From: Nemertoderma westbladi
Taxonomy: Eukaryota > Animalia > Xenacoelomorpha
Direction: 5' to 3'
DNA length: 64,000 nucleotides
NCBI GenBank assembly: GCA_032718475.1
Contig: JAUCBJ010008602.1
Location: forward strand, 1 to 64,000
A model generated the notes under the pieces. That model saw only the letters and a program-made list of their open reading frames with translations, did no database searches and was not told the origin of the DNA. Position numbers and translations under genes: made by a program. Below, one piece after another: positions 38,863 through 50,872 of this stretch (position 1 is the first letter of the stretch; every line of letters begins with the position of its first letter).

Positions 38863-40095
38863 TTAGTCTGTCTTGCGTGGACGGCGTTTACGCAGTTTTT
38901 TAAAGCTAGCAAGAGTCCTTTTCTCTTTGGGGGGAGCCACTTTACTAGGAGGGCCATAACTCCTGGGTGAAGGGTGCAATATGATTGCATCAGAAGGTGT
39001 AGGATTATGGTTGGGGTATCCACCGTTTCGATGGTAAGGGTTAAACGGCGATATTAAATGTCCGCGTCCCAATCCGGCTAGGTAGGATGGGCTAATATCT
39101 AGGAAGCCCACAACCGGGGTGCCACCGACTAATTGTTCAGGTAACACTAGATCTTTGAACAGTGAGTACAGCTTGGGAGGATCTGTCATACTAATAGGAT
39201 CAAGAGTCTGAGGTCTCACTAGGGAATGAGGAGGTCTGATTGAGTATTCCGAAACTCTGATCATAGGTTTATTTAAGGATCGTCTGAGTCGAACGAGCGT
39301 AGGTGATACATCGAACAAGTTTCGCTCGAAACTCCCGTAAATATAGCGAGTAAAACCGTGTTTAGTGCAACGTCTCCGCGGATGTTTAGGTCTTTCCGTT
39401 TGTTGGTTGGGTCTAGGGCATTCATCGCAATAATACCAAAGACGCACGTCTTGTAGGGGAAACGCGAGTGATCTTTCTCCAGCTTACAATATTCCTCCAT
39501 CTGTTCGAAGCTATCCGGTACAACAGGTAGCGGTCGATCGGCGGTAAGATACATCATAGTGGAATAGAGCCGTTTGAGTTCTACCATGCGGTCATGATAT
39601 ATACCTTGAGGATATCGAGTTTCTAGATTCTGTTGACTGGTAATATCGAGATATGTTTCTCTCAAGAATTCCAGATATTTTGGTGAAGTCGCTGCGTTTA
39701 TCTGGCTCTTCAACATCTTCACTTTCGAGTCGGTTTCGAATAGAATTTTCGTGTTCGAATCTCAGTTTATCGTTCCGCTTCCGCTGGGTATGATATTTAA
39801 ATAAAACCATTTCCCTTTCGGTGTCTATATCGTTCGTATCGTGTAGGTCGATAGGATGACCAGTAGTTAAGAAGTCCATATACGTACCATTACGATGCGT
39901 ATAGCGAGCGGTGAATTTTCTATAGTCCAATTCACGCGTAAGTTGTTCCTGGGACATTGGCGGTTCGATATAACGACCATCGTCCTCCATAGTAGTTGGA
40001 CCAGCGTCGCCGCGTATCAAGCTATCAACAAATGCTTGTAAAGGTAGAGTATATCGCTCCCTGATACCAAGATCATCTTCTATCAACTCAATCAT
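38863..40095 (-). pseudogene. Extra 3' ORF of the BEL/Pao element, unknown function, two apparent frameshifts (~410 codons)
   Basis: Three overlapping same-strand ORFs (39592-40095, 39273-39722, 38863-39447) tile the region just before the PPT and 3' LTR; no family recognised. Confidence 0.6.
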
Positions 40096-41744
40096 ATCTG
40101 CTATATAAGTTTATCCATATTATAATGAGTTTATATTTAGGCGAGCGGGCGTCGCTGCCTACCCCTCTCTGCCCCCGGACAGTGCGAGATCCTCAGCGCT
40201 GGTGTACTTTCGCCGATGTGCCTATCGCCAACGTTGTAGCTGCACAACGACTACAACAACCAGCACGAGTCACTCCATCGTCCGTCCCAAAGGCTGAGAT
40301 ATACTTCAGGTTCTTACTGTAGAGTTAGGGCTACTTTCACAATTGCAACTCGCTACTGTAAACACACCTTAGTAGTAACATTCATCTACAAACGCACAAA
40401 TTCCACGTAACTGTCACAAATGGTACACATTCTATCACACATTCGGGTCATTTGTCCGTTAGTCAAGTGCTTTCCAGAATGTCACGTTGTTATTATGTAT
40501 CCTTGGATACTAGCAGTGCGCTATTTATTCCCTATGCTATTCAATGGGGCAAGCTTTCTATTGTTCTTTTAACTCACTTCTAATTCTAGCGTGGTTGTTG
40601 CCATGGTGACATTATGGAAAGCTAGCGGTAGAATTAGGGTAATTCCCATGCATACAGATCTGGGATGCTATTTAATAGTAATTCTTTAATGGTCAATATC
40701 CCCTTTATACATGATTTTATGAATTTTATCGGCTATTGACTATATATTGGAGATTCTCGCACACTAATACACTTAATAGAGTGAATCTCCGCTCCCATGA
40801 TCTATTAATTAAAGGAATTTTGGGAATGTTATAAATTGTATAAAAATGACAATTTATTAAATTCATTAAAATATATGAATTTAAATTTATTCCCGTAAAT
40901 TTTATTATTTAATGTTAAATAGACACAATTTTATTCCAGAACGTGTCTGGGGACTGGGATCCTTGATTCTAGGAATTTTGTCTTTTTAAGAGTATCGGTA
41001 AGTGCTACGATATCTTAATCGACTAGAATTTTAAAGGATTCAAAATTCGATAGATTTTGTAAATATTAATAATTAATATTTAGGATGGGCACCAGTTTAT
41101 TCCAGAACTTGTCTGGGGACGTTAACCACTGATTCTAGAATTTTGTCTTTCAAGTATATCGGTGGGTGCCGCGATATCTTAATCGACTAGAATTACAGAT
41201 GGTCAAAGGGTTTAACAGATTTATTTGCGTTGTACGCTACTGTTAAAGGGACATCACGCTACTATATGTATTATTTAATATACGGTATGAGAGCAATATC
41301 GCACGAAGCAATGTCAGTGAGAAGAGGCAAGTCGTTTCCAAGGTCTACCCAGAGCTTGGTTTAGCCGAGACACGAGGATCTGAATTTTGCATTCCTAATA
41401 CTGTGCTTACCAATAATACTTAAATATAGTAGGAGCTTTATTGTACTTTAATAAGTACGGACATTTCATCTTACTGTAGTTACGTATTTGTAATGTAATA
41501 CGGACAGTAAGGAAGGAGAAAAAGAATTATTTCTCGCCATCGCACTAAATATATAATATATAAGTAATTAAGTAATAAACGCTAATATACATTGCACTAA
41601 TCTACTAAATAATCGCTAAAATAACATTCTACTAAATAAAATTAAAGAAAACGATTATAATAAAATTACATAATAATACATACATAATATAAAATAATAA
41701 AATAAATATAAAATAATATAGTCACACACCCACTCCGTATGTTG

Positions 41745-42449
41745 TTACGTTATGGAGTCCCTAGATATTTGTTGGATTAGGGAGGTGGTCGTGGGAAGAG
41801 TATCTTGCCTTCCATAGTTTCCGGACAGTTTTCGGTCTCTTTCCAGTAAACATAATCGACCAGCTGGGCGATTGAGTGGTTGTATTACTTTCTCCGCTCC
41901 CTTGGCCTGTCTAATCTTCGCCGGGGTAAGGTGAGGAGGCCATTCATCTTCTTTACTTAGGAAGTCGGGTCCACCTAACCAGTCTGGAGTATCTGTCAGT
42001 TCTTGAGGAGTTGCTCCTCTGGAGGCGATGTCGGCTAGATTAATCGTCTCGGGGCAATGTCTCCATTGATCTACATTGGAGTTGATGTCGTCATTATCTG
42101 AGGAGTATGGTCTTCCGTCAGTTGGATCGTTTAACTCACTGCTCTCATCTTCCCATTCTCTTACTTGATATACCTGATCTTTCGGTAATCTTTCCATGAG
42201 AGTTCTACGGGAAGGGCCAGTAAAGTACCAACCCACTCTAGTTCTTCCCGCATAAGCTTGTAGTGGTTGCGGTTGAGCAGGCCGTTTCTCCAATGTCTCG
42301 AGCGCTTCATGCGCATTTTGACCGATGAGTATTTGGACTCCAGGGTAATCGGTGTTGAATCTAGGTATTTCAAGCTGCTGGGTGAAATCGTCCTCATCCC
42401 AGTTATAAGGTTCCACTTGGCTGGTAGCGAAGTTCTTTATCGCTACCAT
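41745..42449 (-). pseudogene. BEL/Pao pol remnant (protease C-terminus fused to post-RNase H segment)
   Basis: VQILIG..., RTRVGWYFTGP followed directly by QWRHC..NLADIASRG..WLGGPDFL. Confidence 0.85.
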
Positions 42450-42468
42450 TTTTACTGACCTTATGCTG

Positions 42469-43383
42469 TAGTTCCTTTAGGATGTGGCGCTCTATCTATA
42501 TAAACAGAGCTATGGCTTACACTAAACACAACGGAATGGATTATAAGTTACACATAAGGCGCATTCTTTAGGAGATGCTTTGTTACGCGGACAAGCACAT
42601 ACAGACTATTGCACACCGCTGCACACTGAATTGCCGATAGTCACTGATTTTAATCATATATAAAGAGAATAGCAACCGACATTTGTAGGGCCTATAAAAT
42701 AGCATTCAATTCACTACAAACCACGATAATATAAGTCGCAATTGCTATATGTAACCGGTCTCTCTAACCTTAGTGTATCAAGAAGATCGGGGTTTCTGAT
42801 CGTTTATCGTTATTCTCCAAATAACAATATGTAAACAACTGATACAATTAATAACAAACAGTAAATAGCAGTAAATAATGTGCAATACAGCAGTAGGTAC
42901 CGTACCGTACCGTACCGTACCGGTCCACTGCGTGCCGCTGCGGTAACAGTTATGTGTTCTTATAATTAAAGTCGTTCTAATGTTGGAATAAAACAGAATA
43001 ATTCCATAGCCGATGTTCATGGCATCAGGAAAACCAACACACTGAACCCTGTGAGCTGTTGCAGGTAGCTTTCAACACAAAGAGGAAAAGCTCTCATTGG
43101 CAGAGCTCCATATTCCACAGATTCCACGAATGTCTAAATGCCGAACTATTCGAGTTTTTGCAGCCCTTAGCCAACACACAGGATGAATCACTCTGCTTGG
43201 TTGACCTTGCTCTGGTTGGTTGATCGAACAGAACAAAGAGGCCATACGTACAGCAAATCAGCCAATCAGCCGGTAGCTTGCATCATTTGAGTTAGGGAGT
43301 TTTTCTTTAGAGTATTTGAGCGCATTGAGGGAAACTGGATTGCGAAGCAAAAGGGCCAGTTATATCCCACAAAAGCTTTTACA
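42469..43383 (-). repeat. Truncated 5' LTR of the BEL/Pao element
   Basis: Matches ~37870-38784 with about four substitutions seen by eye; lacks the last ~270 bp of the LTR. Confidence 0.92.
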
Positions 43384-43388
43384 AATAC

Positions 43389-44220
43389 CAATTGTCCAAT
43401 CTCGTGGAAAATTGCCCGAATCCAAAATAGCACTAAATAATAATGTTAACACCGGTACTAACTGATCCCGACCTTCAATAATAAATTCACTTATAATATT
43501 GTCTACACCTGGAGATTTACCGTGCTTTAACTTATTAATAGCGTTATTTACTTCTACTTCATCAAATGGCATACTCAAATCATTCTCAAAACAATTTCTA
43601 CTTTCAATTATAATATTAACATTTCTATCAACGTAACTACTACAATTCCTTCCCATATCCTGAAAATTTGAATTGTTTGAACTAAGTCGCTCGAAATATT
43701 GTTTAAACTGGTTAATAGATGGTTCATTTGCCCTTCTCGGAATAGCAACCCGGCAAATAGATTTCAATTTTTTCCAAAACTTTTTCGGGTCTGACACACG
43801 TGCCAGGTTCAGGCGCTGCGCTTCATTTCTCGAATATTCAAATCGGGTTTTACGCAGGGTTGCTTTATATTGAGCACGCCTCCTTTGAAGTAAGGAATAC
43901 GCTTCAGGTGCTCCAGAACTTTTCCAATTAGACAACGCACTATTAAAAGCCAACTTTGCATCCCTACATTCTAAATTAAACCAAATTGCACCATTACAAA
44001 AGGATTAACATTACCTTGTTCGTTATCAGTTCGATGTAATGATAAAATTTCTGCCTGACGATCGAATATATCCGAAAGGTTCCCCACCGCAGCGTCTAAA
44101 TTTTGCAGTGGAAAATTAACATCGGAGATAATTAGGTCACCAATATTCTGCAGCTCGTTTATCATATTTGCAATTTTCATATTCGCATTAAATTGCTGTT
44201 TAACTCTATCATTCCAAAAA
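43389..44220 (-). mobile_element. RTE-X-like LINE, 5' part of ORF2 (5'-truncated)
   Basis: DPKKFWKKL, EVNNAINKLKHGKSPGVDNIISEF, FPRDWTIGI, continuous with 37594 across the LTR insertion. Confidence 0.88.
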
Positions 44221-44804
44221 TAACGGATTCAATTCCGCCTCACCAACCCCCATAAAGTGGGAAAGAGCGCCTTTAAGCAATATTGGGGAGTACGAGGTTG
44301 ATTGCCAATCAACCTCGTATCACCCCCAATAAACGGGGACGACAAACCCCAAAGGGCCTCACACAATAGAGGTTAGAGGTCAAGCTACCTCAAGGAGAGA
44401 GAGTAACAGCAGCGGGGGGGGGGGGGGGGGGAACACCCCCGCAGAGCTGAAGGCGTGAAGTAGGTTATCAACCAATGGAGCGGGGGCAGGAGAGGCATCA
44501 GCTAGGTAATAGGGCCAACGTAGCGTATATTTCCGGGTGGTGTTTATCATATTATCCAGTTATCTCAGTACAGTTAGGGCAGAACGGTGACTTTTATTAC
44601 CGTCCGCTGCCGCCACCATCATCAACTGTTCTACCGGTATATTCATTCACTTAACATTCAATTAACTGTGTCTACACTTTATTCCATTATTATATCATTA
44701 TATTTATACAACAACATCAGAACTCTCAATCCAACAAACTCTTTTCACACACGGCGGGGACGCGTAAATAAAACAACCTGTCGGGATTCTCGGATCCCGT
44801 CACA
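44221..44804 (+). mobile_element. Solo LTR related to the LTR at 16705-17331
   Basis: Starts TAACGGATTCAATTCC (terminal TG lost) and ends ATCCCGTCACA; AATAAA near the 3' end; shared internal words such as AGAGGTCAA and TTAxCCGTC. Confidence 0.65.
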
Positions 44805-44806
44805 AG

Positions 44807-45455
44807 ATTACTAGTTCGAGTTATTCTAAAATATACTACAGACTTGCACATTAGATTACTAGTTCGAGTTATACTAAAATATGCTACAGACTTGCACATT
44901 AGGCATTACTAGTTCGAGTTATACTAAAATATACGACAGACTTGCACATTAGATTACTAGTTCGAGTTATACTAAAATATACTACAGACTTGCACATTAG
45001 GCATTACTAGTTTGAGTTATACTAAAATATACGACAGACTTGCACAATATACATTACTAGTTCGAGTTATACTAAAATAGACTACAGACTTGCACAGTAG
45101 ACATTACTAGTTCGAGTTATACTAAAATATACTACAAACTTGCACATGAGATTAATAGTTCGAGTTTTTCTAAAATACACTATAGACTTGCAAAGTAGAC
45201 ATTACTAGTTCGAGTTATACTAAAATATACTACAAACTTGCACATGAGATTAATAGTTCGAGTTTTTCTAAAATACACTATAGACTTGCAAAGTAGACAT
45301 TAGTAGTTCGAGTTATACTAAAATATACGACAGACTTGCACAATAGACATTACTAGTTCGAGTTATACTAAAATATACAACAGACTGCACATTAGACATT
45401 ACGAGTTCGAGTTATACTAAAACATACTACAGACTTGCAAATTAGATTGCTAGTT
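44807..45455. repeat. ~43-48-bp tandem repeat (ATTACTAGTTCGAGTTATACTAAAATATACTACAGACTTGCACATTAG); inverted copy at 46891-46960
   Basis: About 14 units visible; the reverse-complement unit recurs ~1.4 kb downstream. Confidence 0.92.
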
Positions 45456-45470
45456 CAAGCTCATGATATT

Positions 45471-46754
45471 ACAAGTTAGGAGCCCGCTCGACAGCGGGAT
45501 ACTTACTGTAAAAATCTGCAGGATACTTACTGTAAAAATCTCAGGATATATAACACTGACTGACTGACTGACTGATAATTATCTAGGTTCAGGCACTTCC
45601 TGCCTGGCGATTTTGATGAAATTTTGCAAGTGCATTGCTTTGGTGGTTCATAATCGCGTTACAAAATATCAGATCAATTCTATGTGTGGTATTCGATATA
45701 TTTATTTTTTTGACATTATTTTGTCGCAAAATTAAAAGCAATGGTAAAATAATAACTCCTGCCTGAGCTGCAGCAGCTAGCTGTGGAGTAGGAACGGTGG
45801 AGTGCAGGGCTGTCTGAGATAGAATTCCAACCAGGCGGAATTTCTTGACTTTGACTACACACCTCCTGCCTGCCTTTGCCTTGTAGGAGCAGCGCTGCTG
45901 GATGAGTCTACACTTCCTTATCAGCTCTCAGGTATAGACAGAAAATAGTTGAGTTGTCAATAAACATAATAAAATATACAACTGCAGTAGGATTATATTA
46001 TTATTCCACGAATCCTTGGGCTGATTATTTTGTATAGGATATATGTAGAAAGTTCTTAGAAATAATATTCTTATTTTTATTATTACATAGAATTAGCATC
46101 ATTTTTTAGCTGAAGCATTAATAGTGCAAATTAATTTAATTATATTTTAATACCATTACTACATTGGCATAAGATAAGTTTTAACATTTCTTACAAATAT
46201 TATAAAACTCAATAGTGGTGCGAGCATAAAAATCAAATCACGAAAATTTAAAAGAACCGGGTGTGTTGTCATAATATCTATCTCCATAGGTTATTCTGCT
46301 TGACCGGGTCTTGGTGCGGCTTTGCTTTTGGGACGGGTTGCTGATTGAAAGGGGGGTTGAAGGGGGGAACTGTCCCCCCTTTTCACTTTGACTGATTTGC
46401 GGTGTTGTTAAATTTCTTGGATATAGTTGTTGTGATGGTAAAATTTAATTTCTTTCTATTGTTAGTTTTGTTCTGTAATGCAGCATTGGTTGATTGCCTT
46501 AGCAGCCGGTGTTGAAATATTCGTATGGAAATGGAGTCTGCATTTATAATATAGGGTGGTTCTAGGGTGGGTTAAGGGTCATCACTCGCTCGGTGTCCTG
46601 GTTGTGCATCATAGGCATTTTTTCATAAATATTCGGTAATCGTATATCTTGTAAACGTGCTTGATAATGAAATTATTTGCTTCATATTATATTTTTGTTA
46701 GTGGTAGCAAAGTTAAAGTTTTTAATATGTGGGACGATCCACAAAGTCAGCTAG
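45471..46754 (+). mobile_element. Possible non-autonomous Helitron/Helentron-like element
   Basis: 5' hairpin CCCGCTCGACAGCGGG and (ACTG)n microsatellite; 3' hairpin TGTGGGACGATCCACA shortly before CTAG. The A|T target is not conserved. Confidence 0.35.
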
Positions 46755-47359
46755 CCTCACGCCTTACAGTTTAGACAATTGTTTAGTTTAGGCCTACTTA
46801 CTAGGCCTACAGCTGACTGACATAGTTTATTTGTAATAGTCTTGGCTAGGATTCTTCCCCCGGGCTCCGTCCAGCCAGCTTGCTGGCTTTCTAGTAATCT
46901 CATGTGCAAGTCTGTTGTATATTTTAGTATAAATCGAACTAGTAATCTAATGTGCAAGTTTGTCTTAAATTATATTTAAATTTGTTTCGTCTGTCGGTAC
47001 CGGTAATGTTTGTATATACTTTATATGAGATTTACTTTCGTTGTTCCTATTTTGTCTGAGTATTGTATTATAATCAATACGATTTCTCATCTTATTGGAT
47101 AAATTAACTTGAATTTCCCCCTGTTAACAATAGCCAACACAGTAATTTTACAGTATTTAATGTAAATTTATTGTAATCAAATATATAATTAACATCTGTG
47201 TTTATAATAGGTTAGTTGGTCATTATGAAAAAAAAATATATGTTTACGGTGGCTGAAGGCGGCCAAAATATAATTCAATAATTTGATAATAATATTTACT
47301 GACAGTGTTGTCACCGGTTATTAACTGTTATCCGATGTTAACCGGTTATTGTCACCAGT

Positions 47360-49652
47360 TATCTAATTTTTGCACAGGCTATCCAACAGTTACTCAATTT
47401 TGCACAGGCTATCCAACAGTTATCCAATTTTTGCACAGGCTATCCATCATTTACCCAATTTTTGCACAGGCTATCCAACATTTATTCAATTTTTGCACAG
47501 GATATCCAACAGTTATTCAATTTTTGAACAGGCTATCCAACAGTTATTCAATTTTTGCACAGGCTATCCAACATTTATTCAATTTTTGCACAGGCTATTC
47601 AACAGTTATTCAATTTTTGCACAAGGTATTCAACAGTTATTCAATTTTTGCACAGGCTATCCAACAGTTATCCAATTTTTGCACAGGCTATCAAACATTT
47701 ATTCAATTTTTGAACAGGCTATCCAACAATTATTCAATTTTTGCACAGGCTATCCAACATTTATTCAATTTTTGGACAGGCTATCCAACAGTTATTCAAT
47801 TTTTGCACAGGCTATCCAACAGTTATTCAATTTTAGCACAGGCTATCCAACAGTTATTCAATTTTTGCACAGGCAATCCAACAGGTATTCAATTTTTGCA
47901 CAGGCTATCCAACATTTATTCAATTTTTGCACATGCTATCCAACAGTCATTCAATTTTAGCAGAGGGTATCCAACAGTTATTCAATTTTTGCACAGGCTA
48001 TCCAACAGTTATTCAATTTTTGAACAGGTTATCCAACATTTATTCAATTTTTGCACAGGCTATCCAACATTAATTCAATTTTTGCACAGGCTATCCAACA
48101 GTTATTCAATTTTTGCACAGGCTATCCAACAGTTATTCAATTTTTGCACAGGCTATCAAACATTTATTAAATTTTTGGACAGGCTATCCAACAGTTATTC
48201 AATTTTTGCACAGGCTATCCAACAGTTATTCAATTTTAGCACAGGCTATCCAACAGTTATTCAATTTTTGCACAGGCAATCCAACAGGTATTCAATTTTT
48301 GCACAGGCTATCCAACATTTATTCAATTTTTGCACATGCTATCCAACAGTCATTCAATTTTAGCAGAGGGTATCCAACAGTTATTCAATTTTTGCACAGG
48401 CTATCCAACAGTTATTCAATTTTTGAACAGGTTATCCAACATTTATTCAATTTTTGCACAGGCTATCCAACATTAATTCAATTTTTGCACAGGCTATCCA
48501 ACAGTTATTCAATTTTTGCACAGGCTATCCAACAGTTATTCAATTTTTGCACAGGCTATCAAACAGTTATTCAATTTTTGAACAGGTTATCCAACAGTTA
48601 TCCAATTTGTGCACAGGCTATCCAACAGTTACTCAATTTTGCACAGGCTATCCAACAGTTATCCAATTTGTGCACAGGCTATCCAACAGTTACTCAATTT
48701 TGCACAGGCTATCCAACAGTTATCCAATTTTTGCACAGGCTATCCATCATTTACCCAATTTTTGCACAGGCTATCCAACATTTATTCAATTTTTGCACAG
48801 GATATCCAACAGTTATTCAATTTTTGAACAGGCTATCCAACAGTTATTCAATTTTTGCATAGGCTATCCAACATTTATTCAATTTTTGCACAGGCTATTC
48901 AACAGTTATTCAATTTTTGCACAAGGTATTCAACAGTTATTCAATTTTTGCACAGGCTATCCAACAGTTATCCAATTTTTGCACAGGCTATCAAACATTT
49001 ATTCAATTTTTGAACAGGCTATCCAACAATTATTCAATTTTTGCACAGGCTATCCAACATTTATTCAATTTTTGGACAGGCTATCCAACAGTTATTCAAT
49101 TTTTGCACAGGCTATCCAACAGTTATTCAATTTTAGCACAGGCTATCCAACAGTTATTCAATTTTTGCACAGGCAATCCAACAGGTATTCAATTTTTGCA
49201 CAGGCTATCCAACATTTATTCAATTTTTGCACATGCTATCCAACAGTCATTCAATTTTAGCAGAGGGTATCCAACAGTTATTCAATTTTTGCACAGGCTA
49301 TCCAACAGTTATTCAATTTTTGAACAGGTTATCCAACATTTATTCAATTTTTGCACAGGCTATCCAACATTAATTCAATTTTTGCACAGGCTATCCAACA
49401 GTTATTCAATTTTTGCACAGGCTATCCAACAGTTATTCAATTTTTGCACAGGCTATCAAACAGTTATTCAATTTTTGAACAGGTTATCCAACATTTATTC
49501 AATTTTTGCACAGGCTATCCAACATTAATTCAATTTTTGCACAGGCTATCCAACAGTTATTCAATTTTTGCACAGGCTATCCAACAGTTATTCAATTTTT
49601 CCACAGGCTATCAAACAGTTATTCAATTTTTGCACAGGCTATCTAACAGTTA
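47360..49652. repeat. 31-bp minisatellite (TGCACAGGCTATCCAACAGTTATTCAATTTT)n with higher-order duplications
   Basis: About 74 units; the diagnostic variant CAGTCATTCAATTTTAGCAGAGGG recurs at offsets 403 and 1300 bp. Confidence 0.97.
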
Positions 49653-50459
49653 TCGGAAATGTACAGTATTTATTAAAAAGGCCAAAGATTGTTTCCCGGA
49701 TGTCTGGGATACATTTTACATTATTATGGCAGGAAGTCTCAAATAAATTTACAGTTATACCGGTACCACGTAGGGGCCTACTGATATCAGGATATGCAGC
49801 CTTTGTTATACTGTAGAAAGGTTTTTCTGCGCTTTCAGCTACCGTAAATTTAAAATTATTATTACGTACCATGCGATATTTCATTATACGACACTTCAAA
49901 ACGTATTCCAGTAAATATCCAACTTCTTAATATAATTTTACTGTATAATCTTAATTAAGATAAGCACATTCAATAAGCACATACAGTAGGCCATATATTC
50001 AATACGATATTGTATTGTATTACACGGACACGGTGATACAGTATAATAAGTACCGTATTAGTACTACTTGTTCTTGCAAAATGATAAATTTCGCAACTAC
50101 AGTATGCCTACTGTAAAATATAATTATAATACAATATTAACATTTAACAAGCCAATTATTTGCGTTTTTAACACTCAGGGAAGTGTGATTATGTTATGAT
50201 TCGCCTACAGCATTCTGCAATAATGTGGTTTATATATAAAAATAACTCAAACATACGAGAGAGAGAAATTTATACCTTTTAATATTTATTCGTAATGTTA
50301 TCACACACATTACATTATAATCTATTTGACAAGGGCAGTTTGTTATTTAACATTAAATTAAAATTAAATATACAGTAGGAGCATTCAGCGTTCACGATAT
50401 TGTAAATAATGTCAAAAAATATCGACATCTTCCGAAGCATTGCTCTCATTAAGGGCGAC

Positions 50460-50872
50460 TTATTTTACATACATCGGTGCTGGTCGAGCTTTATAAACGG
50501 GTATAGTAATTGTACCTTCGTTAGAAACGAAAAACGATATGTGTGAATCTTCCGAATATATGCAGGACGCATCTGAAGGCAAAGGTGAAACAGCTGGTGT
50601 ATTGTAACCTCGAAACTTGTTTGGCGGCTCAATGGATGAAGGAACTCGAAATGTGACAATCGGTGATTTGGGCACTTTGAAGCCTTTGCGTTTCATTAGG
50701 AACAACACAAATAATGAAACCACAACGACGACGAGACTTCCATAAAAGACACTGCTCACTATGATCAAGGCTATCCTAGATGCTGATGACCAACCAGATG
50801 CCATTAATAATGAAATGTTGTCCAAACACGGCCGAGCACCTATCCAAAAACAGCCGAGCACGTAAATATTTT
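50460..50872 (-). CDS. Putative terminal exon of a single-pass membrane protein
   Basis: Hydrophobic segment IALIIVSSVFYGSLVVVVVSLFVLFL followed by basic MKRK and a Tyr/Pro/Ser tail. Candidate phase-1 acceptor TTCAG| at 50873; AATAAA ~170 bp downstream. No upstream exons identified. Confidence 0.4.

Larger units (their letters stand above)
37600..43383 (-). mobile_element. Internally deleted BEL/Pao LTR retrotransposon inserted in the RTE-X LINE
   Basis: TG...CA ends; 5-bp TSD AATAC (37595-37599, 43384-43388); removing it restores LINE DWTIGI|ICPLFKKG. Pol remnant QWRHCPETINLADIASRG...WLGGPDFL. Confidence 0.93.

Noticed and set aside
47305-49746. ORFs in the 31-bp array
   Set aside because: The unit length is not a multiple of three and the same peptide appears in all frames.
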